Positions 31,580-42,203 of a DNA stretch of 64,000 nucleotides are shown here, piece by piece. The translations under genes were made by a program, and so were the position numbers. The notes under the pieces are model-generated. The model was not told the origin of the DNA. It saw only the letters and a program-made list of their open reading frames with translations, and ran no database searches. The stretch lies in assembly GCA_963666315.2 (NCBI GenBank), contig CAXXHG010000014.1, forward strand, positions 128,001 to 192,000, in the 5' to 3' direction. This DNA is from Candidatus Binatia bacterium. GTDB taxonomy: Bacteria > Desulfobacterota > Binatia > Bin18. Every line of letters starts with the position of its first letter. Positions within the stretch are counted from its first letter, which is position 1.

Positions 31580-32542
31580 ATGGCGATTCTCATTACCGGC
31601 GGAACAGGTTTTTTGGGACGACATTTAACGCGACATTTGGTCCAATCGGGTGAAAACGTCGTCATCCTCGACGCCATGCCGAATCGGCAGGCGGTTGCCG
31701 ACATCGCAGACAAGGTGAAGGTCTTACAAGGCGACGTGATGGAAGTGACCGCGATGATGGATGTCATCCAGCGCAATACGATCGAAGGTATTATTCACCT
31801 CGCCTATTACCTCGGCACTGGCGGCATACGGAATCCGCTGCCATCGATTAACGTCAACTGCATTGGAACGACGCATATCTTTGAAGCCGCACGGCTGAGC
31901 GGCATTAAACGCGTCGTCTATATGAGTTCGGTTGCCGTGTTTCCCGAACGAACAGCACTCACCGCTCCAAAGCTTGGCGAAGATGACCCACCAGCTCCGT
32001 CAACCAGCAACCAGGCCGGCCTGTATGGAGCGTGTAAATTGTTCAACGAGCATACGGCGGACTATTATAATCATGCCTATGGGATGGATCTGATTGCTAT
32101 CAGGCCAACCTCGGTGTTTGGCGAGGGACGTGGCCAGCGGCGCGGGGCAGCCGGAGATCATTTTATGGTTGCACCCGAACTCGCCTTACTCGGCAAGCCC
32201 GTTGTCATGCCGCCGGATGAACAGATTGCAGACTGGCTGTATGTGGCAGATGCAGCTGAGGTCTTTCGCCTCGCTTATCATACCGAAAACCCGAAATCTC
32301 ACCTCTTTAATATGGCCGGGCCGAGCCGCAAAACCGGCGAGATCACTGCCTATATGCGGGAGCTTATGCCTCAAGCCGATGTCTCGGTGAGTGATAAGCC
32401 GTACGTCATGACCTCGTTAGTCAAGACGGACAGGCTCCGAGATGAGCTCAGCTTTACTCCCAAGTATACGGTTGAAGAAGGCATCCTGGCCTATCTGAAC
32501 GATGTACGGAAACGGGAAGGGATGCCATTGGAGCCCAGGTAA
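31580..32542 (+). CDS. NAD-dependent epimerase/dehydratase
   Basis: ITGGTGFLG, SSVAV, YGACK; AGGAGG RBS. Confidence 0.92.
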   Translation: MAILITGGTGFLGRHLTRHLVQSGENVVILDAMPNRQAVADIADKVKVLQGDVMEVTAMMDVIQRNTIEGIIHLAYYLGTGGIRNPLPSINVNCIGTTHIFEAARLSGIKRVVYMSSVAVFPERTALTAPKLGEDDPPAPSTSNQAGLYGACKLFNEHTADYYNHAYGMDLIAIRPTSVFGEGRGQRRGAAGDHFMVAPELALLGKPVVMPPDEQIADWLYVADAAEVFRLAYHTENPKSHLFNMAGPSRKTGEITAYMRELMPQADVSVSDKPYVMTSLVKTDRLRDELSFTPKYTVEEGILAYLNDVRKREGMPLEPR

Positions 32543-32573
32543 GTAGCGCAAGCATTGCTGGAAAGGCCGTCTT

Positions 32574-33638
32574 ATGGACTTCGGAGTAGGATTTCAGTCC
32601 CATATTCACAATGGTTGGAAACACACCATCCTGGCTGAGCAAATGGGATTCAGTAACGTCTGGTTTGTGGACTCCCAAATGATTACTTCAGACGTGTATG
32701 CGTGCATGACATTAGCGGCAGAGCATACGCAGACTATTCGGCTCGGCACGGGTGTGACCATTGTCGGCACCCGTATTCCGCCCGTTATTGCCCATTCCAT
32801 TGCGACGATTCATCAACTTGCACCAGGCCGGGTCATTCTGGGACTCGGTACTGGTCATACCGCATGGCGCGCCATGGGCATGCCGCCTGTTTCACTCCAA
32901 GAATTTCGGCATGCCGTCGAGGTGTGCCAAAGGCTGCTACGCAGAGAGAGTGCCGAATATCACGAGCGGGGACGCCAGAGTCAGATTCGATTTATGGATC
33001 TGGAGCATGGCTATATCAATACCCACGATCCGATCCCGGTCTATCTGGCAGCCTCGCATCCCAAAGCCCAAGCTATAGCCGGCGAGTTAGGTGACGGACT
33101 CTTAACATTAAGTCTCCTCTCTCCAGATCTACTGAAAAACAATCTCGCCGCAGTGGCAAAGGGCTGGGACAACCGAGCAGGCGGAAAACCACACGACTTT
33201 GCTGTGGTCACACTGGGGGTCTCATGCGTACTGCAGCCGGGGGAAGCACTCACCAGCCCACGTGTACTTTCTCGGGTCGGTCCACGCATCGCGGTGGCCC
33301 TCCACTATGCATATGAGGTTGCCAAGCAGGGCAAAGATGTTCCACCCTTTTTGCAGCAGTTCTTAACCCCAGAATACCAACGCTATTTAGACGCCCGCTG
33401 GGAAGATATTCACGCTACGCACTCCCGCTTTCTGCATCCTGGCGAGGAAAAATTCATTCCACCCGAGGCGATCCGTTCAATGAGTCTGACCGGCTCGAAG
33501 GAGGACATCCTTGAGCGCCTCAGCCAGCTTGAAGCGGCCGGCCTCACCCAGATTGTGATCTCGCCGCCGTGGGGGCTTGTAGAGGAGAGTATTGTGGAGT
33601 TTGCGCGCGAGATTATTACGCCATACACACAACGTTAA
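32574..33638 (+). CDS. LLM-class (Mer-like, possibly F420-dependent) oxidoreductase
   Basis: WFVDSQ, IRLGTGV, PGRVILGLGTG, AGELGDG. Confidence 0.88.
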   Translation: MDFGVGFQSHIHNGWKHTILAEQMGFSNVWFVDSQMITSDVYACMTLAAEHTQTIRLGTGVTIVGTRIPPVIAHSIATIHQLAPGRVILGLGTGHTAWRAMGMPPVSLQEFRHAVEVCQRLLRRESAEYHERGRQSQIRFMDLEHGYINTHDPIPVYLAASHPKAQAIAGELGDGLLTLSLLSPDLLKNNLAAVAKGWDNRAGGKPHDFAVVTLGVSCVLQPGEALTSPRVLSRVGPRIAVALHYAYEVAKQGKDVPPFLQQFLTPEYQRYLDARWEDIHATHSRFLHPGEEKFIPPEAIRSMSLTGSKEDILERLSQLEAAGLTQIVISPPWGLVEESIVEFAREIITPYTQR

Positions 33639-33705
33639 GCAGGCTCACCTTGCCCACGAAAGGCGCGACAAATAGCGCCCGCCGGAAGGTTGTGCATTTC
33701 TAGAA

Positions 33706-34217
33706 CTACTGCCCGTAGCTCTGTCCCAGGTCCCGAACAGTGGGATGATTCATAAGCGCTTTGATCTTAGGATCATTGAGCAACGCGCCCAGATCTCCGG
33801 ACTCCACTGCCTGCATCGTGCTTTCATCACCGAGGATGCTCTGAACCAGCGGATCGTTTTGGAGGGAGAGAGAATTTTGTTCAGTGCCGCCGGGTCTTGC
33901 GTCAGCGCCTGCTGCAGTGCTCCTGCTGCTGGAAGATTCTGTTGGGGTTGCGGGGATGCCACGTCTCCGTCCCATTCCGATGCAGGCGCGGGAGCCGGTT
34001 CACTGTGTGGCGTCCGAATCGCAACCACCTGAGATTCCGGCACTTCAAATTCTCCAAGCGTGCTCGAACGCAGCTGGTACGCACCATGGCGCATGCCGAC
34101 GACCTCGGCTTGCAGCACACTCCCGTCGCTCAATTCAACCTCACGCACGGCCCCCGCATACACGGAAACAGGCAGACTCCTGAGCAGAAAAAAGAGTAGC
34201 GGAGTCGTAATTTTCAT
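33706..34217 (-). pseudogene. Secreted hypothetical protein frameshifted in a CT repeat near 33865
   Basis: Signal peptide and VELSDGSVL N-terminus; NKILS continues as LQNDPLVQSILGD in another frame. Confidence 0.65.
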
Positions 34218-34395
34218 GGCGTTATTCCTCCATAGCCATAGTCGGAAATGCCGCAGCTTCCTTAACCGAAAGTGTCATCGACAAGGGGTTTGGAATCCAC
34301 ACACGAAAACGCTACGCTGGGCCGATATTTTTCATGCACCTTGCTGGCTTCCATTCCGAGAGTCGATTACAATACATGACAAAAGGAGGCACTCC

Positions 34396-35217
34396 ATGGC
34401 GGACCAAGGCTATGTTCGACCGGAGATGTTGGCCGATAGCCAATGGCTGGCAGCCCATCTCCAGGACGACACTATTCGACTAGTCGATTGTGACAACCGT
34501 GAGGCATACCGACGCGCCCATATTCCTGGTGCGATTACCTTTCGTGGGCATCATTATTTGAAAGAAGAAGAAGAGGCTCTGCATATTATGGGCCCGGACC
34601 AATTTGCCCAGACCATGGGCGCGCTTGGGATCGACGCGGACAACCTCGTGGTTGCCTATGATGGCTTTAGCGGCCTGTATGCAACACGGCTCTGGTGGGC
34701 ACTCAATTATTACGGTCATACCAACGCTAAAGTGCTGAACGGGGGATGGGATACCTGGTTGGCCGAAGGCAGGCCAGTGACAAATGCGATCACTCGCCCG
34801 ACAATGGCGACTTTTACACCGCAGGTGCATGAGGACTTCATTGCCCGTTGGGAGCAGGTTCAGAACGCGACCGGCACCGATACTGTGCTCCTCGACACGC
34901 GTTCCGACGCGGAATGGAGGGGCGAAAACGATCGGGGCACTAAGCGCGGCGGGCGGGTTCCCGGCGCCGTCCATCTCGAATGGCTCAAATATGTTGATCC
35001 CAAGACGAAGCAGTTTAAGCCGGCGACAGAACTTCGTTCCATATTCGAGCAGGCCGGGGTCAGACCTGAATGTGAAGTCATCACGTATTGACAGGGCGGT
35101 ATCCGTGCGGCGCACGGACTTTTCACCCTGCGGCTACTTGGTTTTGACAAGGTCCGGAATTACGACGCCTCATGGGCGGAGTGGGGCAATCGAGAAGATT
35201 TGCCGATTGAGAAATAA
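34396..35217 (+). CDS. Tandem-rhodanese sulfurtransferase (SseA/TST-like), probable selenoprotein with UGA at 35089-35091
   Basis: HIPGA, LNGG, DTRS and GRVPGA motifs; [14 protein letters not shown]...[11 protein letters not shown] continues in frame to TAA 35217; AAGGAGG RBS. Confidence 0.85.
35102..35118 (+). promoter_or_regulatory. Putative bacterial SECIS hairpin
   Basis: TCCGTGC-GGC-GCACGGA perfect 7-bp stem with a G-containing loop, starting at the 11th nt after the UGA. Confidence 0.7.
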
Positions 35218-35250
35218 GCCAGTCGGCCTTTTTATAGGAATCTTTCAACG

Positions 35251-36138
35251 ATGAAACAGTATTGGATCTTGGTCTGTCTGGTTAGTCTTCTCCTCTTCTC
35301 ACTCTCGCCACTCTTACCATCCTTGCCACTTTTACCGTATGCTATCTACGCTGCTCAGCATCAAGTGGAGCCAGAGCCAAGGGGCTCGCTCATCGTTCGG
35401 ACCTCTACCGAAGAAGGGAAACAGGGGGATGCACAGGCCAGGATCTATACCACAGATCCCCAAACCCTGGTCAGCATGGCTCCTTTGGGCAGACCGATAT
35501 CACTTTCACCAGGAGCGTATCGGGTCGAACTCGATGTCCTGGGTGGAACGATATCGCGCGAGCGCGTACTCGTCAGAGCAGGCCGAACAAGCACTATCAT
35601 TATCAGCGAGGTAGCCGAACTCCAGGTAAACGTCCTGGACAAAAAAGGCCAAGATCTGGGTCTCGGCGTTGAAATCTATGATAACGTTTCAAAAGAGCTG
35701 CTCGGAGAATTCCTGAGTGGAGAACGCATCATGGCTCAGCCTGGAGTGGTTGACGTCAAGGTCGCAACGCCACCCCAGAGTCGCTGGTGGCGTGATATTG
35801 AACTCTACCGTGGAGGCTTACAAGAGCTGACTTTGCAGGAACGTGTGCGCGGCCAGCTCTGGGTCCATCCTCTCCTCGGCGGACGTGACGTGAGTCCGGT
35901 CACCCATGTCATTATCTATGCAGCAGGAACACAAAAAGAGATCGCCCGGAGTGAGCCTGGGAAAGAGCATCGTTTTGCGCTGGACACGGGCTCGTATGAT
36001 ATCTTTGTGACAAATCCGACAGGACAAGGCAAACCGTTCGTCCTTGAGCGCGCGGAAGTTCCAGATGAAAAAACGGTAGAAAAAGACGTTCGCCTAGACG
36101 CTGAACCGACACCGCCTTCGAAAACGCAAGCGCTGTAA
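35251..36138 (+). CDS. Secreted hypothetical protein with repeated beta-sandwich-like modules
   Basis: Hydrophobic N-terminus; recurring LxPGxYxV/I-type motifs (LSPGAYRV, QPGVVDV, LDTGSYDI). Confidence 0.65.
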   Translation: MKQYWILVCLVSLLLFSLSPLLPSLPLLPYAIYAAQHQVEPEPRGSLIVRTSTEEGKQGDAQARIYTTDPQTLVSMAPLGRPISLSPGAYRVELDVLGGTISRERVLVRAGRTSTIIISEVAELQVNVLDKKGQDLGLGVEIYDNVSKELLGEFLSGERIMAQPGVVDVKVATPPQSRWWRDIELYRGGLQELTLQERVRGQLWVHPLLGGRDVSPVTHVIIYAAGTQKEIARSEPGKEHRFALDTGSYDIFVTNPTGQGKPFVLERAEVPDEKTVEKDVRLDAEPTPPSKTQAL

Positions 36139-36164
36139 GCAAGGGTGAGGTCACCTTGCCCCTA

Positions 36165-36386
36165 CTACCACGCCAAGAGTGGAATCGTTACGGCAAGAAT
36201 GAGTACGCTCAGACCAACCACAATGGCGCCCCACAGCGCCTGTGGACGACGGACATCCAACGGCGATCCGCATTGCACACATTCAGACAGGAACGAACCA
36301 CCAGTCAGATAGACACGGTTCCATTTATGGCAGATGGGACAGCGAGGTTTTGGACGGCCTCGCAGGAGTGTAGCAAGTTGAGCCAC
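36165..36386 (-). CDS. Small Zn-ribbon membrane protein
   Basis: CPIC...CVQC followed by a C-terminal TM helix; AAAGGAG RBS before GTG. Confidence 0.65.
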   Translation of the reverse strand: MAQLATLLRGRPKPRCPICHKWNRVYLTGGSFLSECVQCGSPLDVRRPQALWGAIVVGLSVLILAVTIPLLAW

Positions 36387-36453
36387 GACTGCTCCTTTCT
36401 CTTCTTTCCACCCTAGCGTTGCAGAAGACCTCGCGTCAACTAGGCTTTTTCTC

Positions 36454-37269
36454 TTACTGCCGATCCTCAGCCCGATGCCGATCAGTCAACCGCGGCCTAA
36501 TCAGCTCTAGGAGCTGCGCGTGGAGACGACCGTTGCTCGCAACCAAGCCTTGTAACAGCGTGGTGGGTTGGTTAAAGATCACTTGCTTTCCTCTCAGATT
36601 TGTCACGGTTCCACCAGCCTCTTCCACGAGCAGTGTCCCCGCACAAATATCCCACTCGTTTTTCGGTACTAGGGTGAAGGAGGCATCCGCCTCACCATTT
36701 GCAATACAGGCCAGCTTGTAGGCAATACTGCCCATGGGACGGGCATGGAAAAGAGCAGTGAGATCTTTCCATTCTCCGCGTTTCATTTCTGAACGACTCG
36801 ACAGGATCGTCGCCTCGGCTAGACGAGGCGTTTCGGGGACGCGCAATTGCTGCTCCCTACACCAAGACCCTTGTCCACGTATGGCCCAAAAGAGTTGGTC
36901 GGGGATCGGATTGTACACGACACCGAGAATAGGCTGCCCATCTTCTATGAGTCCAATAGACACGGCAAATTCCGGAATTTTCCGGATGAACTCTTGGGTC
37001 CCGTCTATGGGATCGACAATCCAAACACGACGGAACGCGAGACGGTCAGACGAGTCCACAGTCTCCTCAGACAACCAACCATAATCAGGGTAAGCCCCCT
37101 GGAGCATCTCCTGGATCTTTTGGTTGGCTGCCCGATCAGCAATCGTCACCGGGCTATTATCATGACTTTTGTAATCGACGCTGTAGTCTGTCGCATAGAT
37201 TTGACGAATAATATCGCCCGCAGTGCGCGCCGCAGCAATGGCAATGTCTTTCTCTTTTTCCAGGGGCAT
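36454..37269 (-). CDS. Inositol monophosphatase/CysQ family phosphatase
   Basis: SPVTIAD, LSEE, WIVDPIDGT, WDICAG. Confidence 0.92.
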   Translation of the reverse strand: MPLEKEKDIAIAAARTAGDIIRQIYATDYSVDYKSHDNSPVTIADRAANQKIQEMLQGAYPDYGWLSEETVDSSDRLAFRRVWIVDPIDGTQEFIRKIPEFAVSIGLIEDGQPILGVVYNPIPDQLFWAIRGQGSWCREQQLRVPETPRLAEATILSSRSEMKRGEWKDLTALFHARPMGSIAYKLACIANGEADASFTLVPKNEWDICAGTLLVEEAGGTVTNLRGKQVIFNQPTTLLQGLVASNGRLHAQLLELIRPRLTDRHRAEDRQ

Positions 37270-37285
37270 ATCGTCTCCATCCTTA

Positions 37286-38263
37286 TCATTGTCCCAGCAC
37301 TTGAGCAAAGATCAGTGGCGCGACAATCGAAGCGTCAGACTCAATCAGATAGCGTGGAGTATTCACCGCCAGTTTGCCCCAGGTAATCTTTTCATTCGGT
37401 ACGGCCCCAGAGTACGAACCATAGCTGGTGGTGGAATCGCTAACCTGACAAAAATAGCCCCACAGCGGAGTTTCCGTCCGCTTCATATCTTGGATCAGCA
37501 TGGGCACGGCACAGATGGCGAAGTCTCCGGCAATGCCGCCGCCGATCTGGAAAAATCCAATCGAGTGCTGAGCGGATACTGCGCTATACCAGTCAGCCAG
37601 ATAGGTCATATACTCGATGCCATGCCGGACCGTATGTATGTTTTTGATCAACCCGGTCATGCAATAGCTCGCATAGAGATTCCCGCAGGTTGAGTCCTCC
37701 CAGCCCGGCGCGACAATAGGCAGATCTTTTTCCATAGCGGCATAGACCCAGGAATCTTTCGGGTCAATCTGGTAATAGGGCTCCAGCATTCCGGCGTGCA
37801 ACACTTCATACAAGGTTTCATGCGGAAAGGCGCGCTGACCCGAGTGATCCGCCTGCATCCATAATTCCTGCAGCACGCCTTCCACGCGGCGCATGGCCTC
37901 AAACTCAGGAATACACGTATCCGTGACCCGATTCATATGCCGCTCAAGCAAAATCTCTTCATCCTGAGGGGTCAAATCACGGTAGTGCGGAACGCGCTCA
38001 TAATGGTCGTGTGCCACCAAATTGAAGATGTCTTCCTCTAGATTGGCCCCTGTACAGGAAATCGCATGGACACAATCGGTCCGAATCATTTCGGCAAGAG
38101 ACAGGCCAAGCTCGGCCGTACTCATGGCTCCGGCCATGGCTAGTAGCATTTTTCCGCCCTGATCGAGATGACGCCGATAGGCATCAGCCGCGTCAATGAC
38201 CGTGGCAGCGTTAAAATGTCGAAAGTGGTGTTTCAAAAAGTCAGAGATGGGCTGACTACTCAT
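37286..38263 (-). CDS. Deoxyhypusine synthase-like protein (probable homospermidine synthase)
   Basis: AGAMSTAELG, TGANLEED, GGGIAGDF, SYSGAVPNEKITWGK. Confidence 0.9.
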   Translation of the reverse strand: MSSQPISDFLKHHFRHFNAATVIDAADAYRRHLDQGGKMLLAMAGAMSTAELGLSLAEMIRTDCVHAISCTGANLEEDIFNLVAHDHYERVPHYRDLTPQDEEILLERHMNRVTDTCIPEFEAMRRVEGVLQELWMQADHSGQRAFPHETLYEVLHAGMLEPYYQIDPKDSWVYAAMEKDLPIVAPGWEDSTCGNLYASYCMTGLIKNIHTVRHGIEYMTYLADWYSAVSAQHSIGFFQIGGGIAGDFAICAVPMLIQDMKRTETPLWGYFCQVSDSTTSYGSYSGAVPNEKITWGKLAVNTPRYLIESDASIVAPLIFAQVLGQ

Positions 38264-38328
38264 CTTTCCTCCTGCCTCCTCAACATGACACAACGCGGCG
38301 GAAAGCTACCACCCGAGGAGGAGAGACG

Positions 38329-39267
38329 CTAGGCCGGCTTCCGCACGAGGGTACGCAACTCCGCTCCAGTCGCCGCCTGGCGGAGCGCCCGGCCTCTCGC
38401 ATCAGGCGCACGCGTTTGCTCAATGAGCTGTCGAAAATCGACTTCTTGTTCCGCCCAGGCGCGTACCTTGATAAGCCGATCTAACAGATCAAGACGGATA
38501 GCATAGACATCAAGCATCTCTTCATCGTGCTGCTGAAGGACTGCATATGCGTGGGTGTCAGTTAGAAACGCTGCCACCTCAGGCGGCACCTGGGCACCTC
38601 GCACATCTCGCGCATCTCGCACTGCGGTTGAGGAAAGATTCCCGACCGACTCCGGAAGCGCTAAGAAGTGTACGTCTGCCTGATAGGGTCGGTTGGCGGG
38701 CTGATTCAGCAGGTCATCGAAGGCGCGTCGTCCCATTTCCCCTCGATTCGCTACCACAAGAGATGTGAGAGAAAAAAGCTGAGCAAGGGCCGTTTCTCTA
38801 TCTTGGTAATAACGCGCGTCCAGAATCTGGATGAGCTTATCCATACCGACGATGAAAAACAGAGCAACCTGCTGCCCGAAAATCGCACAAAAAGCCTGGG
38901 CTTGCTCGACATACAACCCACGGTTGACCAGCGCAACTCCTGTTTTTGGACGCTGCGCTGTATAGAGCAGGAGGAGTAACAATCGATCCTCCAACCCCAG
39001 GCCGATCACGTGTTCCTTATTCACCGTGACCTTTGCCAATGTAAACAGGAGTTGATCGAGCTGAAAGGTTCGACACGCCTGATCGGCTAGTTCGGTATGA
39101 GCCAGGGTCAGCGGGTTAAACGAGCCGCACAGCACCCCGATCCGATGTGGTGTCGAACGGATCGGCACAGAGAGCAGACGGGCCGTGCTGGGTGCAGCTC
39201 CATCACAACGCGCTATCGTTTCGCGCAGGCTGAACAGGCGTTTCAGATCGTAAAATTCGCTAAGCAT
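38329..39267 (-). CDS. Nucleotidyltransferase (NadD/cytidylyltransferase-like)
   Basis: GSFNPLTLAH, IVGMDK, LSSTAVR. Confidence 0.8.
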   Translation of the reverse strand: MLSEFYDLKRLFSLRETIARCDGAAPSTARLLSVPIRSTPHRIGVLCGSFNPLTLAHTELADQACRTFQLDQLLFTLAKVTVNKEHVIGLGLEDRLLLLLLYTAQRPKTGVALVNRGLYVEQAQAFCAIFGQQVALFFIVGMDKLIQILDARYYQDRETALAQLFSLTSLVVANRGEMGRRAFDDLLNQPANRPYQADVHFLALPESVGNLSSTAVRDARDVRGAQVPPEVAAFLTDTHAYAVLQQHDEEMLDVYAIRLDLLDRLIKVRAWAEQEVDFRQLIEQTRAPDARGRALRQAATGAELRTLVRKPA

Positions 39268-39492
39268 CACGTGTTCGACACAGCGCGCTCTCGACTCGCT
39301 TCCTGACGGACGATCAGCATATCGTCGCTCACCCAGCGTACGCAACAGGGAAGGCTCAGGGTTCAACACAAGAGTGTGGGTACGGCCAGTATCGCTGGCT
39401 CAGCTGGGATCGTCCAAAAATTTGTCCTTCTTCCCCAATTCCTGTCCGTCCCAGGATTGACCGTCAATTTCACCGCGTGCTACCCTCTGAGC

Positions 39493-41295
39493 ATGCATGC
39501 CAATAACCCTGTTTGTAAGGCAGTCTCAGTCTGTCTTGTTACTGCTCTTGGCGCGTGTACCGCCACTCGTCCAATTCCGCCTCCTCTCCCACCGCCTGCG
39601 GTTGTCACACCGTCTCCAGCACGAGCTGCGCAAATTCCGGGCACCCCGGTCGTCCTGACACCTGAGGACAAAGCCCTGGGACATTTTCTCAAAAGTCAGG
39701 TCACGCTCAATGGCGGTGATTACGCAAGGGCTCTGACTGAACTTGAACAGGCCGTAAAAAACGATCCGGATAGCCCGTTTCTGCGTCTCCGACTCGCCAC
39801 CCTGGCCGTTCGTCAAGGCAAGCTGGCCGCAGCCTTCGAGCACTGCAAAAAAGCCGTTGCGATTGAACCGGACAACGTCGACGCCCAGCTCCTGCTCGCC
39901 GGTCTCCTGTCCTCTAGCGGCAAAGAAACACAAGCCGTTCAGGTTTATGAGACACTGCTCAAGCGCGAGCCTGACAACCAAGAGCCCTACCTCTACCTCG
40001 GCACCTTATATGCCAAGCAGGAGGAATTCCAAAAAGCCACAGCCATTCTGAAAAAACTTGTCGAACGTTACCCGTACTCCGTTCTGGGGTATTACTACTT
40101 GGGGCAGACCTCAGCGGCAGCCAAACAGCTGGATCAGGCGGAAACGTATTACCAGAAGGCGCTGAGTCTCAATCCGCAGTCTGAATTGGTGTTGCTTGAC
40201 CTTGCGCTGGTATACGAAATGCAAAAGAAGACCACCCAGGCCAGAGAGGTGTATCAAAAAGCGCTCGCCATCAATCCCCACAGTGAACAGGTGCGTAAAC
40301 GTCTCGGGCGTTTCTACCTGGGTCAGAAGAAGCTTGATGACGCGCTGCATCAGTTTCGTGTGCTTGAGAAGATTGAGGCAGACCCACAACAAACCCGACT
40401 CAAAATCAGCCTGATCTACCGGGAAAAAGGCAATTATGAAAAGGCCGGTATTGAACTCAACCTCGTCTTGGCAGCCCAGCCCAATAACCACAGAGCCAGA
40501 TATTTTCTTGGCGTCATTTATACGGAAGCCAAAGACGATGAGAAAGCGGCCGTCGAGTTATTACGTATTCCACCCGACTCGGAATATTTTGCTGATTCCC
40601 GCGTCTATCTCAGTTATATTTATCAACGCCAGGAGAAGCTCGACCAGGCCATTGCTGAGGTGGAACGCGCGTTGAACGTCAAAAAGGACGATCTGGACTT
40701 GTTGGGTTTTCTCGCCTCACTGCACCGAGAAAATGATAATCGTACCAAAGCAATCAGCGTCCTTGAGAAAGTTGTTAGCCTCGCACCAGACAATGATCAA
40801 TACCACTTCACCTTGGGAGCGGTCTACGATGAGCAGAAAGAGAAGGACCGCTGCATCCAGCACATGCAAAAGGCGATTGCACTCAACCCCAAGAACGCGG
40901 CTGCGCTCAACTACCTCGGGTATACGTGGGCTGAGCAAGGCGTACGTCTTGATGAGGCGGAGAGCCTCATTCGAGCCGCGCTCGCAATTGAACCAAACGA
41001 TGGCTTTTATATTGACAGCCTGGGGTGGGTCTATTATCAACGCGGAGAATATAGGGAAGCAATTCAGCACCTCGAACGCGCCGTTGAGCTAGTCGATGAA
41101 GATCCGACATTGATCGAACATCTGGGCGATGCCTACCACAAGACCGGACGGATCGCCGATGCATCCCGCATCTACCAGGAAGCAATCCAAAACACGTCAG
41201 AAGAGTCTCAGATCCAGCGTTTGCGGACGAAGCTTAATGCCTTGGCCTTGACACCCGTCGAGATTCAAAAGACGAGCGAAACGGGGCTGCCGTAG
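39493..41295 (+). CDS. TPR-repeat lipoprotein
   Basis: Lipobox LGAC, many TPRs, ALNYLGY...YIDSLGWVYY. Confidence 0.9.
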   Translation: MHANNPVCKAVSVCLVTALGACTATRPIPPPLPPPAVVTPSPARAAQIPGTPVVLTPEDKALGHFLKSQVTLNGGDYARALTELEQAVKNDPDSPFLRLRLATLAVRQGKLAAAFEHCKKAVAIEPDNVDAQLLLAGLLSSSGKETQAVQVYETLLKREPDNQEPYLYLGTLYAKQEEFQKATAILKKLVERYPYSVLGYYYLGQTSAAAKQLDQAETYYQKALSLNPQSELVLLDLALVYEMQKKTTQAREVYQKALAINPHSEQVRKRLGRFYLGQKKLDDALHQFRVLEKIEADPQQTRLKISLIYREKGNYEKAGIELNLVLAAQPNNHRARYFLGVIYTEAKDDEKAAVELLRIPPDSEYFADSRVYLSYIYQRQEKLDQAIAEVERALNVKKDDLDLLGFLASLHRENDNRTKAISVLEKVVSLAPDNDQYHFTLGAVYDEQKEKDRCIQHMQKAIALNPKNAAALNYLGYTWAEQGVRLDEAESLIRAALAIEPNDGFYIDSLGWVYYQRGEYREAIQHLERAVELVDEDPTLIEHLGDAYHKTGRIADASRIYQEAIQNTSEESQIQRLRTKLNALALTPVEIQKTSETGLP

Positions 41296-41318
41296 CGACG
41301 CCGTCTCAGGCGAGTACA

Positions 41319-42179
41319 GTGTGTCCCTTCTCTCCGGATTGCCTGCAGCAATGGCAACGGCACGCAGTGCTGTCTTTCTGCTTTCTGCTCGTCATTGTAT
41401 GGGCAGGCGGCTGTACGATCAGGCGTCCTCCACACCGCCCTCCTCTTCCGCCGTCTTCCCTCCCCTCCGCCCAAGAATTATTAGGGCCATTCACAGCACG
41501 CCAACAGCATCTGACCGGTCTGCGCGGGCTCGCCCGGGTAACCTACCAGGACACACAAGAACGTGGTTCGGCGAACCAAACGGTCGCAATTGCTGCGCCG
41601 GATCGATTTCGTCTCGAATTATTTTCGGTGCTCAGCTTAGCGGCTATCCACACGTGTGACGGGCAGATGCTGGCTGCGTATTTCCCACGCGACAACGTCA
41701 TCTACCGCGGAGCGGCAAGCCCGCTGAATATTGGACGCTTTACTCGACTGATGCTGTCTGCGCGCGAGATTACCCGCTTGCTGTTGGGCTTTCCGATTTT
41801 TTCTGTAGAGGCAGAAAGCGGAACAACGAATACGGTTCGCCTTGACCCCCACGGCGGCACCTATCGGCTCGACCTTCCAAAGGCCGATGGCAGCGTAGAG
41901 GCGCTGTGGTTTGATACGCACACAAAACACCTACGCCGCTGGGCTATGATTGCTGCCGATGGCAGCACCCAGACGCAGGGGCAGTTAGCCGACTACCGGC
42001 AGGTGCAAGGTCTCTCTTTTCCGTTTTCCATTACCTTGTCTGACGCGCACGAGGCCCAGCAGGTCTCGCTCGTGTATAAAAACGTCGAGCTCAGCCCGGC
42101 TCTACCCGACTCGCTCTTTAGGCTGACTCCGCCCTCAGGCGTACAGGAGATTGATATTGACGCGCATCGACCACACTAA
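41319..42179 (+). CDS. LolB-like/DUF4292 outer-membrane lipoprotein
   Basis: Lipobox-like AGGC, PDRFRLE motif, position after the TPR gene; start uncertain. Confidence 0.7.
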   Translation: MCPFSPDCLQQWQRHAVLSFCFLLVIVWAGGCTIRRPPHRPPLPPSSLPSAQELLGPFTARQQHLTGLRGLARVTYQDTQERGSANQTVAIAAPDRFRLELFSVLSLAAIHTCDGQMLAAYFPRDNVIYRGAASPLNIGRFTRLMLSAREITRLLLGFPIFSVEAESGTTNTVRLDPHGGTYRLDLPKADGSVEALWFDTHTKHLRRWAMIAADGSTQTQGQLADYRQVQGLSFPFSITLSDAHEAQQVSLVYKNVELSPALPDSLFRLTPPSGVQEIDIDAHRPH

Positions 42180-42203
42180 CCACACTCGCCAGACGAGCGA
42201 CGG

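Noticed and set aside
39493-42179. TPR plus LolB-like pair as a novel system
   Set aside because: This is a common envelope gene pair.
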